Assembly (NCBI GenBank): GCA_032718475.1
Contig: JAUCBJ010008642.1
Coordinates: 1-49,096 of the forward strand
DNA length: 49,096 bases
From: Nemertoderma westbladi
Taxonomy: Eukaryota > Animalia > Xenacoelomorpha
Direction: 5' to 3'
Under the pieces are notes generated by a model. It was not told the DNA's origin and ran no database searches. It was given only the letters and a program-made list of their open reading frames with translations. Each line of letters opens with the position of its first letter. Position 1 is the first letter of the stretch. The translations under genes and the position numbers were made by a program. This document shows positions 31,623 to 44,280 of this stretch, piece after piece.

Positions 31623-34600
31623 ATGTCTGACACAAAGCAAAACCTGTCAGACAGTCTACTAGATATAACCATCAATCAGTTTTCTCCAGTGGAAAGCGAA
31701 GTGACAGCAGAGAAACCGCGAACGAGGGACGCTATTGACATCTATCTGTCAGACTATCAACGATTCCTAGGTGACGAAGAGTTGAGGAGATGGCTGTCTG
31801 GACTTCGCCCTAATAGTGAAGGAGCCAAGCTTGTGTTGGACGCAATAGATGTGGAAATGTTAGCTGCAAACCAAGCTAAATTTGAAGAACGCCTCCGCAT
31901 CGCTAGAGTCCAAGAAGAACAAGTGAAGAAAAAACGTATAGAAGACAGAAAGACAGCGGCGATGGCAGCGGCAGAAGCAGAAAGAAAAGCAGCAGTAGCA
32001 GTGGCAATGGCAATGGCAGAAGCGGAAAGAAAGGCGGCGGAGGCAGTGGCAACTGCCGAAGCGGAAAGAAAGATAGCAGTGGCAGAAGCAGAATGGAGAG
32101 CATCGGAAGAGACCACCCAACTGGAGTTGGAAAATCTTCAAGAGATGCAAGACTGCATAAATAAACAGTTAACAGCTAGTCAAATGCAGATGATGATTCG
32201 ATCTACTCCCAAACGACGAGGATATACATCATCTGAGGAAGGCGATACCACCGATCCTGAAGGCTGAGGAAATAGATCTTGTCTAAGTAGGCGTAGAAGA
32301 ACATCTCACCGTCACAAATTGCCTGATTTGCCTCCAGCTGTTAGAAGACAAATAGCTAGCACAGACTTAGGTAGTACAGAACCCACAGACCAAATTATTA
32401 CTGTAGAAAGACTCCCTACTATAGTAGATGAGCCTGAAATAATTAGGCCTGTTCTCGAAGCCACCCCTTCGGCGATAGAGACACCTGTACTCCCCGAACC
32501 TACCTCTAAATTCCCTTTGCATAGCACTAAATTGCCTGTGCCCAGCAGAACCGCCCATGAGACAGTTCCTGTCCTGGACTCCGAGCGAAATATCCGAGAT
32601 TTGTCGCCTGTTGTTTCCCGTCTGCCCGCTACTATGTTGGCGACTCCCGCTTCAGCGGTTGAGTGGGTGGATGAGAGACGGCGGGGGATGGATCTCCTGC
32701 TCGGGCAGATGCAGGAGACTGTTCAGCAGTTCAAGGGCACAGTAAGGGAAAGTAGGTTAGAGTTGCAAGAAGTGCAGCAAAGTATCGCGTTAGAACGCAA
32801 TAAATTAGTAAATATACAAAAGGGTATACCACCACCACCTGTAACCATGTGTCAACCTGTTAGGTCTGAAGTATTTCATGCGCAAGGTGTGGAGCCTACA
32901 CGCATCTATACTGCTAGTGAAGTAAAAACTCCTATAGTAAACCCTATTAAGGGTAATTATAAACCTGTTGATAATAATATTCCATATAGACCTGATAATA
33001 ATCCGAGAAATTTATATACCGATAACTCGATATTAAATAACACGATGGCCCAAGAAAGCTTTACGCGTCAAATGGCTAGAACCGAAGCCCGTCAAGCGGT
33101 CAAAGTGGGAGAGATCGTCAAGTTCAATGGAGATGAGATGAAATGGTTACCTTTTAATGAATATTACAAAGATAACATACAGAACTCTGTACTATCTAAC
33201 GGAGAGAAACTTAGATTCCTCCTCGAGTGTTTGGAAGGACCTCCCAAGTTAATGGCGTTAAAGTTTATTGGACATCCAGATGGATTAAGACAAGTTTGGG
33301 ATACATTAAACATCAGGTATGGTAATAGGACAAATATAGCTAGGTATTTGTATGCGAAATTGGTAGCGCCTCGAAAGTTTCTTAGCAGCGGGATTATAGA
33401 ATTCTCCGATGAGATCCAGGAAATCTGTAGACAGCTAGACTGGCTAGGTAAGTCTCATGAATATGAGAATTCTATGGTTGTAGGAGCCTTAGCATCAGCT
33501 TTGCCAAAGGGTGGAGTGGGTACTCGTTGGGACAAAAGAGTACTATATATGATGGAACAACAACAAAGAGACCCTACCATGGCTGATCTCATCTCATTCT
33601 TAGATGGAGAGGTAAAATTACAGCTCCTAAAGCAGTCCCGAGAGAAGACCCTGGAGAACAAGGTGAGTGAAAAACCCGTTTCTAGGAGAAAAATAACACC
33701 AGTGTGTTATACAGACGAAGGCGAAAGCCAGACCTCCCATGAGGAGAACAGCGGGAAAGACACAGCAAGATCTTACTATGACAACAAAATCCCTCAAGAC
33801 ATAAGTAAATTTAAGTCTCGAACCAGTGACAGGAGAGAACAGGTAACAACAACTCCTCCTACGTCTCCTAAGAGAATTCATAGAAGAAAGCCCGAGGAAA
33901 GAACAAGTGTGCACCACACAGCACAGGTTAAAGTAAGTAACATCAAGCCCAAATGTGTATTGTGTGACGGGCCCCATCGCTTAAGTGGATGTGATGAATT
34001 CTTAAAGAAATCCCTAAAGGATAGACGTGATGTCATGTGGGATAAGCGGTTGTGTTATAATTGTCTCAGACGCGGACACCAACGGCGAACCTGTTACTCA
34101 GACACGAGGTGCGCTAAGTGCGGTGCGAAACATCATATCTTGCTGCACACAGAATTTGAAAGAAAAAACCCGAGTCAGGTAAGTGAGCCCGAATTACATG
34201 TCCAATTCAGTGATGTGAACGACACTGACCAAAGTTCTGAGATGGAAGGATTCTATACGGACAAATTCTCCGACGAAAACGAATCCTGTTACGTAATAAA
34301 TACCGCAGTGTATCGAGCACTTGCGTATGAAAAAGACACTGACAGTGAGCCCCCCCTAACTACTTCTGGCCGACAATCGTCTTGGAAAGCACCAACTTCC
34401 AATGTAGGAATCCGAGAATTTCCTGTAGTGCAGTTGAGGATCCACGGGCCACGAAAAAGTTTCATAGTGAATGCCCTTCTTGACTCCGGCAGCACAGGAA
34501 CATTCATCGATAAAGAACTAGCCGAGGACATCTTTGCTGGACAACCCAAGTTCCGAACTAAGTTAAACATGTCAGGAATTATGCAGGTTTGGAAATCTAC

Positions 34601-35387
34601 AGTAATTGCAGATTACTATGTAAGTGCGTTGTCCACTCCCCAGGATGAATTAGGAGAACACAGTATAAGGTCAGTAAAAATGGTGGCGATAAAGAACTTC
34701 GCTACCAGCCAAGTGGAACCTTATAACTGGGACGAGGACGATTGCGCCCAGCAGCTTAAGATACCTCGATTTAACACAGACTATCCTGGAGTACAAATAC
34801 TCATCGGCCAAAATGCGCATGAGGCGCTTGAGACATTGGAGAAACGGCCTGCTCAACCGCAACCACTACAAACCTATGCGGGAAGAACTAGAGTAGGTTG
34901 GTACTTTACTGGACCTTTCCGTCGAACTCTCATGGAAAGGCTGCCCAAAGATCGCGTCTACCAGGTGAGTGAATGGGAAGATGAGACCAGTGAGGTGGAC
35001 GACCCAACTGAGGGAACACCATACTCCTCAGATAATGACGATATTAACTCTAATGTAGATCAATGGAGACATTGCCCCGAGACGATTAATCTAGCCGGCA
35101 TCGCTTCCAGAGGAGCAACTCCTCAAGAACTGATAGATACTCCAGGCTGGTTAGGTGGATCCGACTTCTTAAGTAAAGAAGAAGAAGAATGGCCTCCTCA
35201 TCTTACCACGGCGGAGATTAGACAGGCCAAGGGAGCGGAGAAAGTAACACAACAACTCAATCGCCCAGCTGGTCGTTTATGTTTACTGGAAAGAGACCGA
35301 AAACTGTCCGGAAACTATGGAAGGCAAGATACTCTTCCTACGACCACTTCCCTAATCCGACAAATATCTAGGGACTCCATAACGTAA
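31623..35387 (+). pseudogene. BEL/Pao gag-protease with one in-frame stop (32265-32267) and in-frame deletions removing RT, RNase H and most of integrase
   Basis: ORFs 31623-32267 and 32319-35387 are in the same frame. They contain the triple zinc knuckle and LLDSGS, jump SSDNDDI to DQWRHCP, and jump KGAEKV to TQQLNRP. Confidence 0.9.
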
Positions 35388-36524
35388 CACCATACGGAGT
35401 GGGTGTGTGACTATATTATTTTATATTTGTTTTTATTATTTTATATTTATGTATGTATTATTATGTAATTTTATTATAATCGTTTTCTTTAATTTTATTT
35501 AGTAGAATGTTATTTTTGCGATTATTTAGTAGATTAGTGCAATATATTAATCTTATTACTTAATTACTTATATATTATATATTTAGTGCGACGGCGAGAA
35601 ATAATTCTTTTTCTCTTTCCTTACTGTCCGTATCATATTATAAATACGTGACTACAGTAAGATGAAATGTCCGTACTTATTAAAGTACAATAAAGCTCCT
35701 ACTATATTCAAGTATTATTGGTAGGCAGAGTATTAGGAATGCAAAGTTCAGATCCTCGTGTCTCGGCTAAACCAAGCTCTGGGTAGACCTTGGAAACGAC
35801 TTGCCTCTTCACACTGACATTGCTTCGTGCGATATTGCTCTTCTACCTTATATTAAATAATACATATAGTAGCGTGATGTCCCTTTAACAGTAGCGTAGA
35901 ACGCAAAATAAATCTGTTAAACCCTTTGACCATCTGTAATTCTAGTCGATTAAGATATTGCGGCACCCACCCATATACTTGAAAGACAAATTCTAGAATC
36001 AGTGGTTAATGTCCCCAGACAAGTTCTGGAATAAATTGGTGCCCATCTTAAATATTAATTTAATATTTATTAAAATCTGTAAAATTCAGATCCTTTAAAA
36101 TTTCTAGTCGATTAAGATATCGCAGCACTTACCGATACTCTTAAAAGACAATTTTTCTAGAATTAAGGATCCTATGTCCCCAGACATGCTCTGGAATAAA
36201 ATTGTGTCAATTTTACCATCAAATAATAAAATTTACGGGAATAAATTTAGATTCATATCCTTTAATGAATTAAATAAATGGTCATTTTATGCAATTTATA
36301 ACATTCCCAAAATTCCATTAATTAATAGATCACGGGAGCGGAGATTCACCCTATTGAGTGTATTAGAGTGCGAGAATCTCCAATATATAGTCAATAGCCG
36401 ATAAAATTTATAAAATCATGTATAAAGAGGATATTGACAATTAAAGAATTACTATTAAATAGCATCCCAGATCTGTATGCATGGGAATTACCCTAATTCT
36501 ACCGCTAGCTTCCCATAATGTCAC

Positions 36525-37338
36525 GGATAAGGAAACGAATTTCATTGGCGCCAACAACGAAATTCAAGCTTACGTAAAGGACTGGAACCAAAGACAGGTG
36601 GACGATCAGCTAAAGGTAACAGCGTCTAGCTGGACCTTCAACGCCGCCGACGCCCCTTGGTGGGGAGGAAGTTGGGAGAGATTGATTAGGAGCGTGAAGA
36701 CCGCATTTCACTTTATAGTGCCGTGTCGCGCTTATCTCACCGACAAACTCTTGCGGACGTTAATGGAGGAAATCGCCGCCTATCTCAACGAAAGACCGCT
36801 TATGCCAGTCTCCTCGAGTCCTGATTCCCTGGAAGCGCTAACACCCGCGCACTTTCTACTGAAGAAACCCGTAGCCATGCTCCCACGATCGGAGATCACA
36901 GATGGAGACGAGTACTGCCGTCAAACTTGGCAACTTATGCAGTTGCTATCCCGTCGTTTCGCTGACCATTTCGAAAAACATTACCTGCCCACACTACAAC
37001 TTCGAACTAAGTGGATTGCGCAGCAAGAAAACGTCAGCGCCGGAGACATGGTGCTTATTGTGGATCAAGATATTCCACGTAAGCGATGGCAAACAGGTCG
37101 TATCATCGAGACTCACATCTCGAGTGATGGTTTGGTGCGCTCGGTAGAACTCGTTGTCATGCGGCGTAACTTCAAGAAACCGGGAATTGTCTTTGAGACA
37201 CAGCAGCTCAATCGCCCAGTGGGACGTTTATGTTTACTGGAAAGAGATAGAGAACTCTCCGGAAACTATGGAAGACAAGATACCCTTCCCACGACCACCT
37301 CCCTAATCCAACCAACATCTAGGGGCTCCCCAACATGA
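36525..37338 (+). pseudogene. BEL/Pao integrase C-terminal fragment (second copy of pol end)
   Basis: DKETNFIGA...PWWGGSWERL...RPVGRL, fused behind 3' UTR sequence. The ORF-track start at 36481 is UTR-derived. Confidence 0.9.
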
Positions 37339-38989
37339 TATCGTTTGGAGTTGGTGTGTGACTATATTATTTTATATTCGTTTTATTATTTTTATATTTA
37401 TGTATGTATTACTATGTAATTTTATTATAATCGTTTTATTTAATTTTATTTAGTAGAATGTTATTTTAGTGATTATTTAGTAGATTAGTGCAATATATTA
37501 GTGTTTATTACGTACATAATTACTTATAATATATATTTAGTGCGACGGCGAGAAATAATTCTTTTTCTCTTTCCTTACTGTCTGTATCATACTATAAATA
37601 CGTGACTACAGTAAGATGAAATGTCCGTACTTATTAAAGTACAATAAAGCCACTACTATATTCAAGTATTATTGGTAGGCAAAGTATTAGGAATGCAAAG
37701 TTCAGATCCTCGTGTCTCGGCTAAACCAAGCTCTGGGTAGACCTTGGAAACGACTTGCCTCTTTACACTGACAATGCTTCGTGCGATATTGCTCTCATAC
37801 CATATATAATAATACATATAGTAGCGTGATGTCCCTCTAACAGTAGCGTAAATGCAAATAAATCTGTTAAACCCTTTAACCATCTGTAATTCTAGTCGAT
37901 TAAGATATCGCGGCACCCACCGATATACTTGAAAGACAAATTCTAGAATCAGTGGTTAACGTCCCCAGACAAGTTCTGGAATAAATTGGTGCCCATCTCA
38001 AATATTAATTATTTAATATTTACAAATCTATAAATTAAAATCTGTAAAATTCAGATCCTTTAAAAATTCAAGTCGATTAAGATATCGTAGCACTTACCGA
38101 TACTCTTAAAAGGACAAATTCATAGAATTAAGGATTTTATGACCCCAGACATATTCTGGAATAAAATTGTATCAATTTTACTATCAAATAATAAAATTTC
38201 CGGGAATAAATTTGAGTTCATATTTTAATGAATTTAATAAATTGCAATTTTATGCAATTTATAACATTCCCAAAATCCCATTAATTAATAGATCACGGGA
38301 GCGGAGATTCATCCTATTAAGTGTGTTAGAGTGTGAGAATCTCCAACGTATGAGTCAATAGCCGATAAAATTTATAAAATCATGTATAAACGAGATATTG
38401 ACCATTAAAGAATTACTATTAAATAGCATCCCAGATCTGTATGCATTGGAATTACCCTAATTCTACCGCTAGCTTTCCATAATGTCACCATAGTAACACC
38501 CACGCTAGAATTAGAAGCAAGTTAAAAAGAACAATAGAAAGCTTGCCCCATTGCATAGCATAAGAAATAAATCTCGCACTGCTAGTATCCAAGGATACAT
38601 AATAATAACGTGACATTCTGGAAGGCACTGACTAACGGACAAATGGCCCGAGTGTGTGTAATTTGTGACAGTTGTGTGTGTGGCATTTGTGAGTTTATAG
38701 GCGAATGTTACTACTAAGGTGTGTTTACAGTAGCGAGTCGCAATTGTGAAAGTAACCCTAACTCTGCAGTAAAAACCTGAAGTGAATCTAAGCCCTTGGG
38801 ACGGACAGTGGAGTGACTCGTGCTGGTTGTCGTTGTCGTTGTGTAGCTACATGTTGGTGAAAAACACAGCGACGACGGTACATCGGCGCTGAGAATCTCA
38901 CACTGTCCGGGGGCAGAGAGGGGTAGGCAGCGACGCTTGCTCGCCTAAATCTAAACTTATTATAATATTAATAAACTCATATAGCAGAT

Positions 38990-39436
38990 ATGACGGAGTT
39001 GATAGAAGATGATCTTGGTATCAGGGAGCGATATACTCTACCTTTACAAGCGTTTGTTGATAGCTTGATACGCGGCGACGCTAGTCCAACTACTACGGAG
39101 GACGATGGTCATTATATCGAACCGCCGATTTCCTAGGAGCAACTTACGTGTGAATTGGACTATAGAAAATTCACCGCTCGCTACACGCATCGTAATGGAA
39201 CGTATATAGACTTCTTAACTACTGGCCATTCTATTGATTTACACGATACGGACTATGTCAACACCAAAAGGGAAATGGTACTATTTAAATATCCTACCCA
39301 GCGGAGTCGGAACAATAAACTGAAATTCGAATGCGAAAATTCTATTCGAAATCGACTCAAAAGAAAAGACGTTAAAGAAGCGGATAAACGTGGTAACTCC
39401 AACGTATATTTGGAATTCTTGAGAGAAGCATTGTAA
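38990..39436 (+). pseudogene. Extra ORF homologous to 22769-23215, with internal TAG
   Basis: MTELIEDDLGIRERYTLPLQAFVD... in frame with the 39155-39436 ORF. Confidence 0.6.
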
Positions 39437-39462
39437 CACCAAATAAATTTAGCTTTAAAAAA

Positions 39463-40231
39463 GCTTTAATTATAGGAACACATAACTGTTATCGGGCAAA
39501 CTCAAACGACACAAACTCAAACTCATATTGTCAAACCTTTCACCGCATTATTGTACTGCTATTTACTGTTGGTTATTAATTGTATCAGTTGATTGAATAT
39601 TGTTATTTGGAGAATATCGATAAATGATCATAAAACCCCAATCTTCTTGATACACTAAAGGTTAGAGAGACTGGTTACATATAGCAATTGCGACTTACAT
39701 TATATTGGTTTGTAGTGAGTTGAATGCTATTTCATAGGCCCTACAAATGTCGGTTGCTATTCTCTTTATATATGATTAAAATCAGTGAAGATCGGCAGAT
39801 TAGTGTGCAGTATTGTGCGGTAGTGTGTATGAGCTTGACTGATAACAAAGCATATCCTAAAGAATGCGCCTTATGTGTAAATCCTAAGCCATCCCTTTGT
39901 GTTTAGTATAAGTCATAACTCTGTTTACATATTTAGAGCGCCACGTCCTAAAGGAACTGCTAATATTTCCCGAAAGTGAATAATATTTGTCAGAGATTAT
40001 ATATTAACGATCAATCGAATAGTACAGTAGGCCTACACCGCAATAAGATTAAAGCTTCCGAATCCAGTCTCCCGGGTATATCCAACGGGTGAATGGTCGC
40101 GCATAGGCTGGCTTTGGCTAATGTAGTGTTTATTTGTATCAAATACTCGTCATAGGCTAAAGTCGATTTATAACCTAGAAGACATCTAAATTTGGCAGGT
40201 TAAACTGCTAAAGGTCTGAAAAGCGCGAACA
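39463..40231 (+). repeat. 5'-truncated 3' LTR of element 2 (lacks first ~410 bp and PPT)
   Basis: Starts GCTTTAATTATAGG (=28655), ends GCGCGAACA + TSD. Confidence 0.88.
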
Positions 40232-40562
40232 ATCAGTCTTTTGTTTGAGAGAACACTTTCAATCATATGAAGTTTTGTTAAGTTAATTAATTAATTAATG
40301 TTTTGAATGGTGAATAGGCTTGTGAACTAGAAAGCCGTGGCCCGAAGGGTCAATGGCTTTCTAGCAAAATTGCAAAATTGCAAAAAATGCAAAATTTTAA
40401 TTAAAAATAATTTTATTATAATTAAATTATAATTATATACATTTCTTAAATATTGTGCTAAGTGTTGTGGGTTTCTATATATAATCTATGCTATCTATAT
40501 GGCGAATTAAAACTTAATAATAATAATAATATAGTTAATAGTTAACAATAGTAGTAGATTCG

Positions 40563-40810
40563 CTAAACTCTGATCTTCATTTCTATTTTCTCAATCGGTA
40601 CGAATCTCTCAGGGTCAGTGAATGTGTACCAACTAGGTCCATCCCAACCCTCCCTTCTGTAGACGCTGTTTAGATTGGAGTTGCTGCACCTCCGATACCA
40701 CCAAGCCCCTTTGCGGTAGTCGGCGGCGCAGTTTAGGGGCGAGGCCTCGTTGTCGCGATCATAGGTTGAGAACGGTTGTCCATTAAGGTACCAATTCTCA
40801 CTGGGACTCC
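40563..40810 (-). pseudogene. C-terminal fragment of fibrinogen-related (FReD/FBG) gene
   Basis: Own translation: SPSENWYLNGQPFSTYDRDNEASPLNCAADYRKGAWWYRRCSNSNLNSVY...EKIEMKIRV*. The 3' flank is shared with the 45899 copy. Confidence 0.85.
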
Positions 40811-42946
40811 GGATTTTGATGCATCTGAAAAGCTATGTAATTGATAAACATTACCGTTTATTCTACAAGGGAAGAATGCTCTTGTTATTGAGATTTGATC
40901 AATATCCTGTAGGTTCTTGACCCACTTATTCCACTCTTGTTGAATAGGTTGGGGAAGAATTTCATCCCAAGGGATCTTATTTATCCACATGGATTTTATG
41001 ATATTCATGCCTACCAGAAGTACACGTGCTAGGAAATTTATTGGATCAAAAACAGAATTTCGTATGGACAGGCATCCGCCGCGCTTAGTGCAAGGTTTTC
41101 CTTTAGGCACATATTTAAAATATAAACTATCCTTCTGGAGGTCCCATTGAATCCCTAATGCTTTATGATCTGCAGTTTTCCCAAACATTTCTTCTCTTGT
41201 GAGTTTAATATCGTCAGGAAGATTAGACATCACCGTTTTATCATTTGATCTAAACTTCACTAAGTTGAAACCCCCTCGTTTGAGAAGAGCCTTTAGGTCT
41301 AGGGCTAAACGAATTGCTTCTTCAGGATTATCTGTACTTATCATTCCATCTTCTACATAGAAGCATCGTTTGACTGTTTCCTCAGTTATGGGATCAAAAT
41401 TCTTTCCAAACTTTGTTGCTGTCCTCTTCAAGGCATCACTACAGACTACTGGTGAATCTCTGACTCCAAATATATGCACTAACATGCGAATAATTACAAT
41501 ATCGTTTGGAGAACGATTTTCTATTTCTTCAATTTCAATGGTTAGGTTTAGGTCACACCAGAATATCCTAAGGCTATCAGAGTCTTTCTTGGTTGTGCGA
41601 ACTTGATGAAACATTGCTTTAATGTCACATGTCATTCCAACTTGTCCTTCCCGAAATCTAAAGAGTACACCAACCAATGAACTATATATATTTGGACCAG
41701 TATATAGCTGTGTATTTTGGGATTCCCCTTTATATGTTGCTGCTGCATCATTCACAACACGAATCTTTCCCTTTTTTCTGGGTTCAAGCACATAATGCGT
41801 TGGAAGGTAATATGTACGCTTTCCTTGACCCAACTCATCTTCTGGTATTCGAGATGCAATTCCATCTTCTAAATAGCCCTGAATGATTTCGCTATATCTC
41901 TTCTTTATTTCTGGTTTACCATGAAATCGGTAGATTTAAGGCGACTAAATGCCATAGAGAAGTTGTTATCCATTATTTTGGCTAGGTTACTCCAGAGCAG
42001 TGGTGATACCCAGTGCCCATCTATGAATTCAGATTTATCTAACATCTCAATACACTTTATATCCTCCTCGGAATGCGCTTTATTGTGATCATCAAGTTCG
42101 TGAGACTCCTGATTGAAGTACTTCGTTATAGCCCCTGTGTTCTCTCTGACTCAAGTACAAGTTCATGGTCATCTCCATTGATCTCACAGAACTTCACTCC
42201 AGGATGAACGCAATCGCTTGGTTTAATCTCCAGCTTTCTTATGTCAACTCCAGTGATATTCCAATTGCCAATCTTACCGATAATACTCTACTCTTTTGGA
42301 CATGGTTAATCCTGATCTCAAACAATTCATTATGGTTGATTGTATCAACGGATTCATTTTTGACACCACTGAGAGTCCAGCCTAATAATGTTTTTTCTGC
42401 ATAAGGTTGTGTATTGATGTCCTGTGGACGCGCTACTTCACCAATAGGTATATGTAATGCAGGTACATCATGTCCAATAAGAATATTCACAGTATCTATA
42501 TCTAGTTCTGGGTAGCTTAGGTCCACATCAGTTCGTTCCCACTGAAAATCATATTCAGGATAATAGTCAGCTGGTCGTTTATACTTGATGTTCAAATTTG
42601 GGAAAATCAGTGCTGATTCAATTTTTACATTCACATTTTCATATCCTTTCATAATACCTTCTATTGTGAATGAAACTTCACCTGACTCAATCATACCATT
42701 TCGATCATTCACTGTACTAAAGGAAACCTTCTTTGCTTCATAATCTAAATTTAACCATCTGCTCAAATCTGCATCGATCAAAGAGCAATCCGACCCATTA
42801 TCCAAAAAAGTTGTAATTGATCTCCCATTTTGGGATTTTATTCTAACTGGAATGATCTTTGAAAACACAGTCTTACGGCGCATTATAGAGTTCGTAGATA
42901 CTTCCTGAAATCCTGATAGATTTTCTGTAACTATCGTAGCCAACAA
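40811..42946 (-). pseudogene. Fragment of a different BEL/Pao pol (protease, RT, start of RNase H)
   Basis: FLDNGSD protease; YYLPTH...KIRVVNDAA...GPN...DIKAMFHQV...YVED...GGFNLVKF...FDP...HSFSDAS; frameshifts lie between the two ORFs; no LTR visible. Confidence 0.88.
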
Positions 42947-44047
42947 CTTATTGTTAGTTGGGGTAGTTATAACTCTGATAGATTTTCTGTAACTATCGTA
43001 GCCAACAACTTATTTTTAGTTGGGGTAGTTATAACTCTGATAGATTTTCTGTAACTTTCGTAGCCAACAACTAATTGTTAGTTCGGGTAGTTATAACTCT
43101 GATAGATTTTCTGTAACTATCGTAGCCAACAACTTATTGTTAGTTGGGGTAGTTATAACTCTGATAGATTTTCTGTAACTTTCGTAGCCAACAACTTATT
43201 GTTAGTTAGGGTAGTTATAACTCTGATAGATTTTCTGTAACTATCGTAGCCAACAACTTATTGTTAGTTCGGGTAGTTATAACTCTGATAGATTTTCTGT
43301 AACTATCGTAGCCAACAACTTATTGTTAGTTGGGGTAGTTATAACTCTGATAGATTTTCTTTAACTATCGTAGCCAACAACTTTTTGTTAGTTGGGGTAG
43401 TTATAACTCTGATAGATTTTCTGTAACTATCGTAGCCAACAACTTATTGTTAGTTGGGGTAGTTATAACTCTGATAGATTTTCTGTAACTATCGTAGCCA
43501 ACAACTTATTGTTAGTTGGGGTAGTTATAACTCTGATAGATTTTCTTTAACTATCGTAGCCAACAACTTATTGTTAGTTGGGGTAGTTATAACTCTGATA
43601 GATTTTCTTTAACTATCGTAGCCAACAACTTATTGTTAGTTGGGGTAGTTATAACTCTGATAGATTTTCTGTAACTATCGTAACCAACAACTTATTGTTA
43701 GTTGGGGTAGTTATAACTCTGATAGATTTTCTGTAACTATCGTAGCCAACAACTTATTGTTAGTTGGGGTAGTTATAACTCTGATAGATTTTCTTTAACT
43801 ATCGTAGCCAACAACTTATTGTTAGTTGGGGTAGTTATAACTCTGATAGATTTTCTTTAACTATCGTAGCCAACAACTTTTTTAGTTGGGGTAGTTATAA
43901 CTCTGATAGATTTTCTCTAACTATAGTAGCCAACAACTTATTGTTAGTTGGGGTAGTTATAACTCTGATAGATTTTCTCTAACTATAGTAGCCAACAACT
44001 TATTGTTAGTTGGGGTAGTTATAACTCTGATAGATTTTCTTTAACTA
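42915..44047. repeat. 62-bp minisatellite, about 18 near-identical units
   Basis: Unit GATAGATTTTCTGTAACTATCGTAGCCAACAACTTATTGTTAGTTGGGGTAGTTATAACTCT; starts at 42915, 42977 ... 44029. Confidence 0.95.
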
Positions 44048-44280
44048 ATGGTACCAAACAAAGCGGTATTCTCAGCCCTTACATATACAATTTATACATA
44101 GATGATTTAATCAAAGCTTTAAATAGATCAGGTTATGACTGTGTAATTAAAGTTAAACCCATTAATCACTTAGGATGCTGACGATCTGTCGCTCTTATCT
44201 AACACTGTCTATGGGTTGCAACTACTAATAAATAGTTGCAAAGAATCCGACCTTTTTTTTCAATTAAATTCAACGTTAAG
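44047..44280 (+). pseudogene. Non-LTR retrotransposon (LINE) reverse transcriptase fragment
   Basis: Own translation: NGTKQSGILSPYIYNLYIDDLIKALNRSG...HLG(fs)ADDLSLLSNTVYGLQLLINSCKE, matching the GVxQGxxLSPxLFNxYIDDL...YADD motifs. Confidence 0.75.

Larger units (their letters stand above)
28242..40231 (+). mobile_element. BEL/Pao LTR retrotransposon, element 2 (deleted and rearranged relative of element 1)
   Basis: TGTAAAAGC...GCGCGAACA with 5-bp TSD ATCAG (28237-28241 / 40232-40236); gag-PR homologous to element 1; RT missing. Confidence 0.93.
26195..40364 (+). mobile_element. Non-autonomous Helitron-like unit 4, interrupted by BEL/Pao element 2
   Basis: 5' TCTATATATATAAAT at 26195; AAACAGCATCAG|TCTTTTGTTTGAG is split by the LTR element; hairpin-CTAG at 40326-40364. 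Confidence 0.75.

Noticed and set aside
40733-41833. Functional RT-fibrinogen fusion protein
   Set aside because: The FBG segment is in a different frame from the RT ORF, and the RT catalytic motif is degenerate (YVED).
42915-44047. CRISPR array
   Set aside because: Units are contiguous and near-identical with no unique spacers; no cas genes; eukaryotic TE context.
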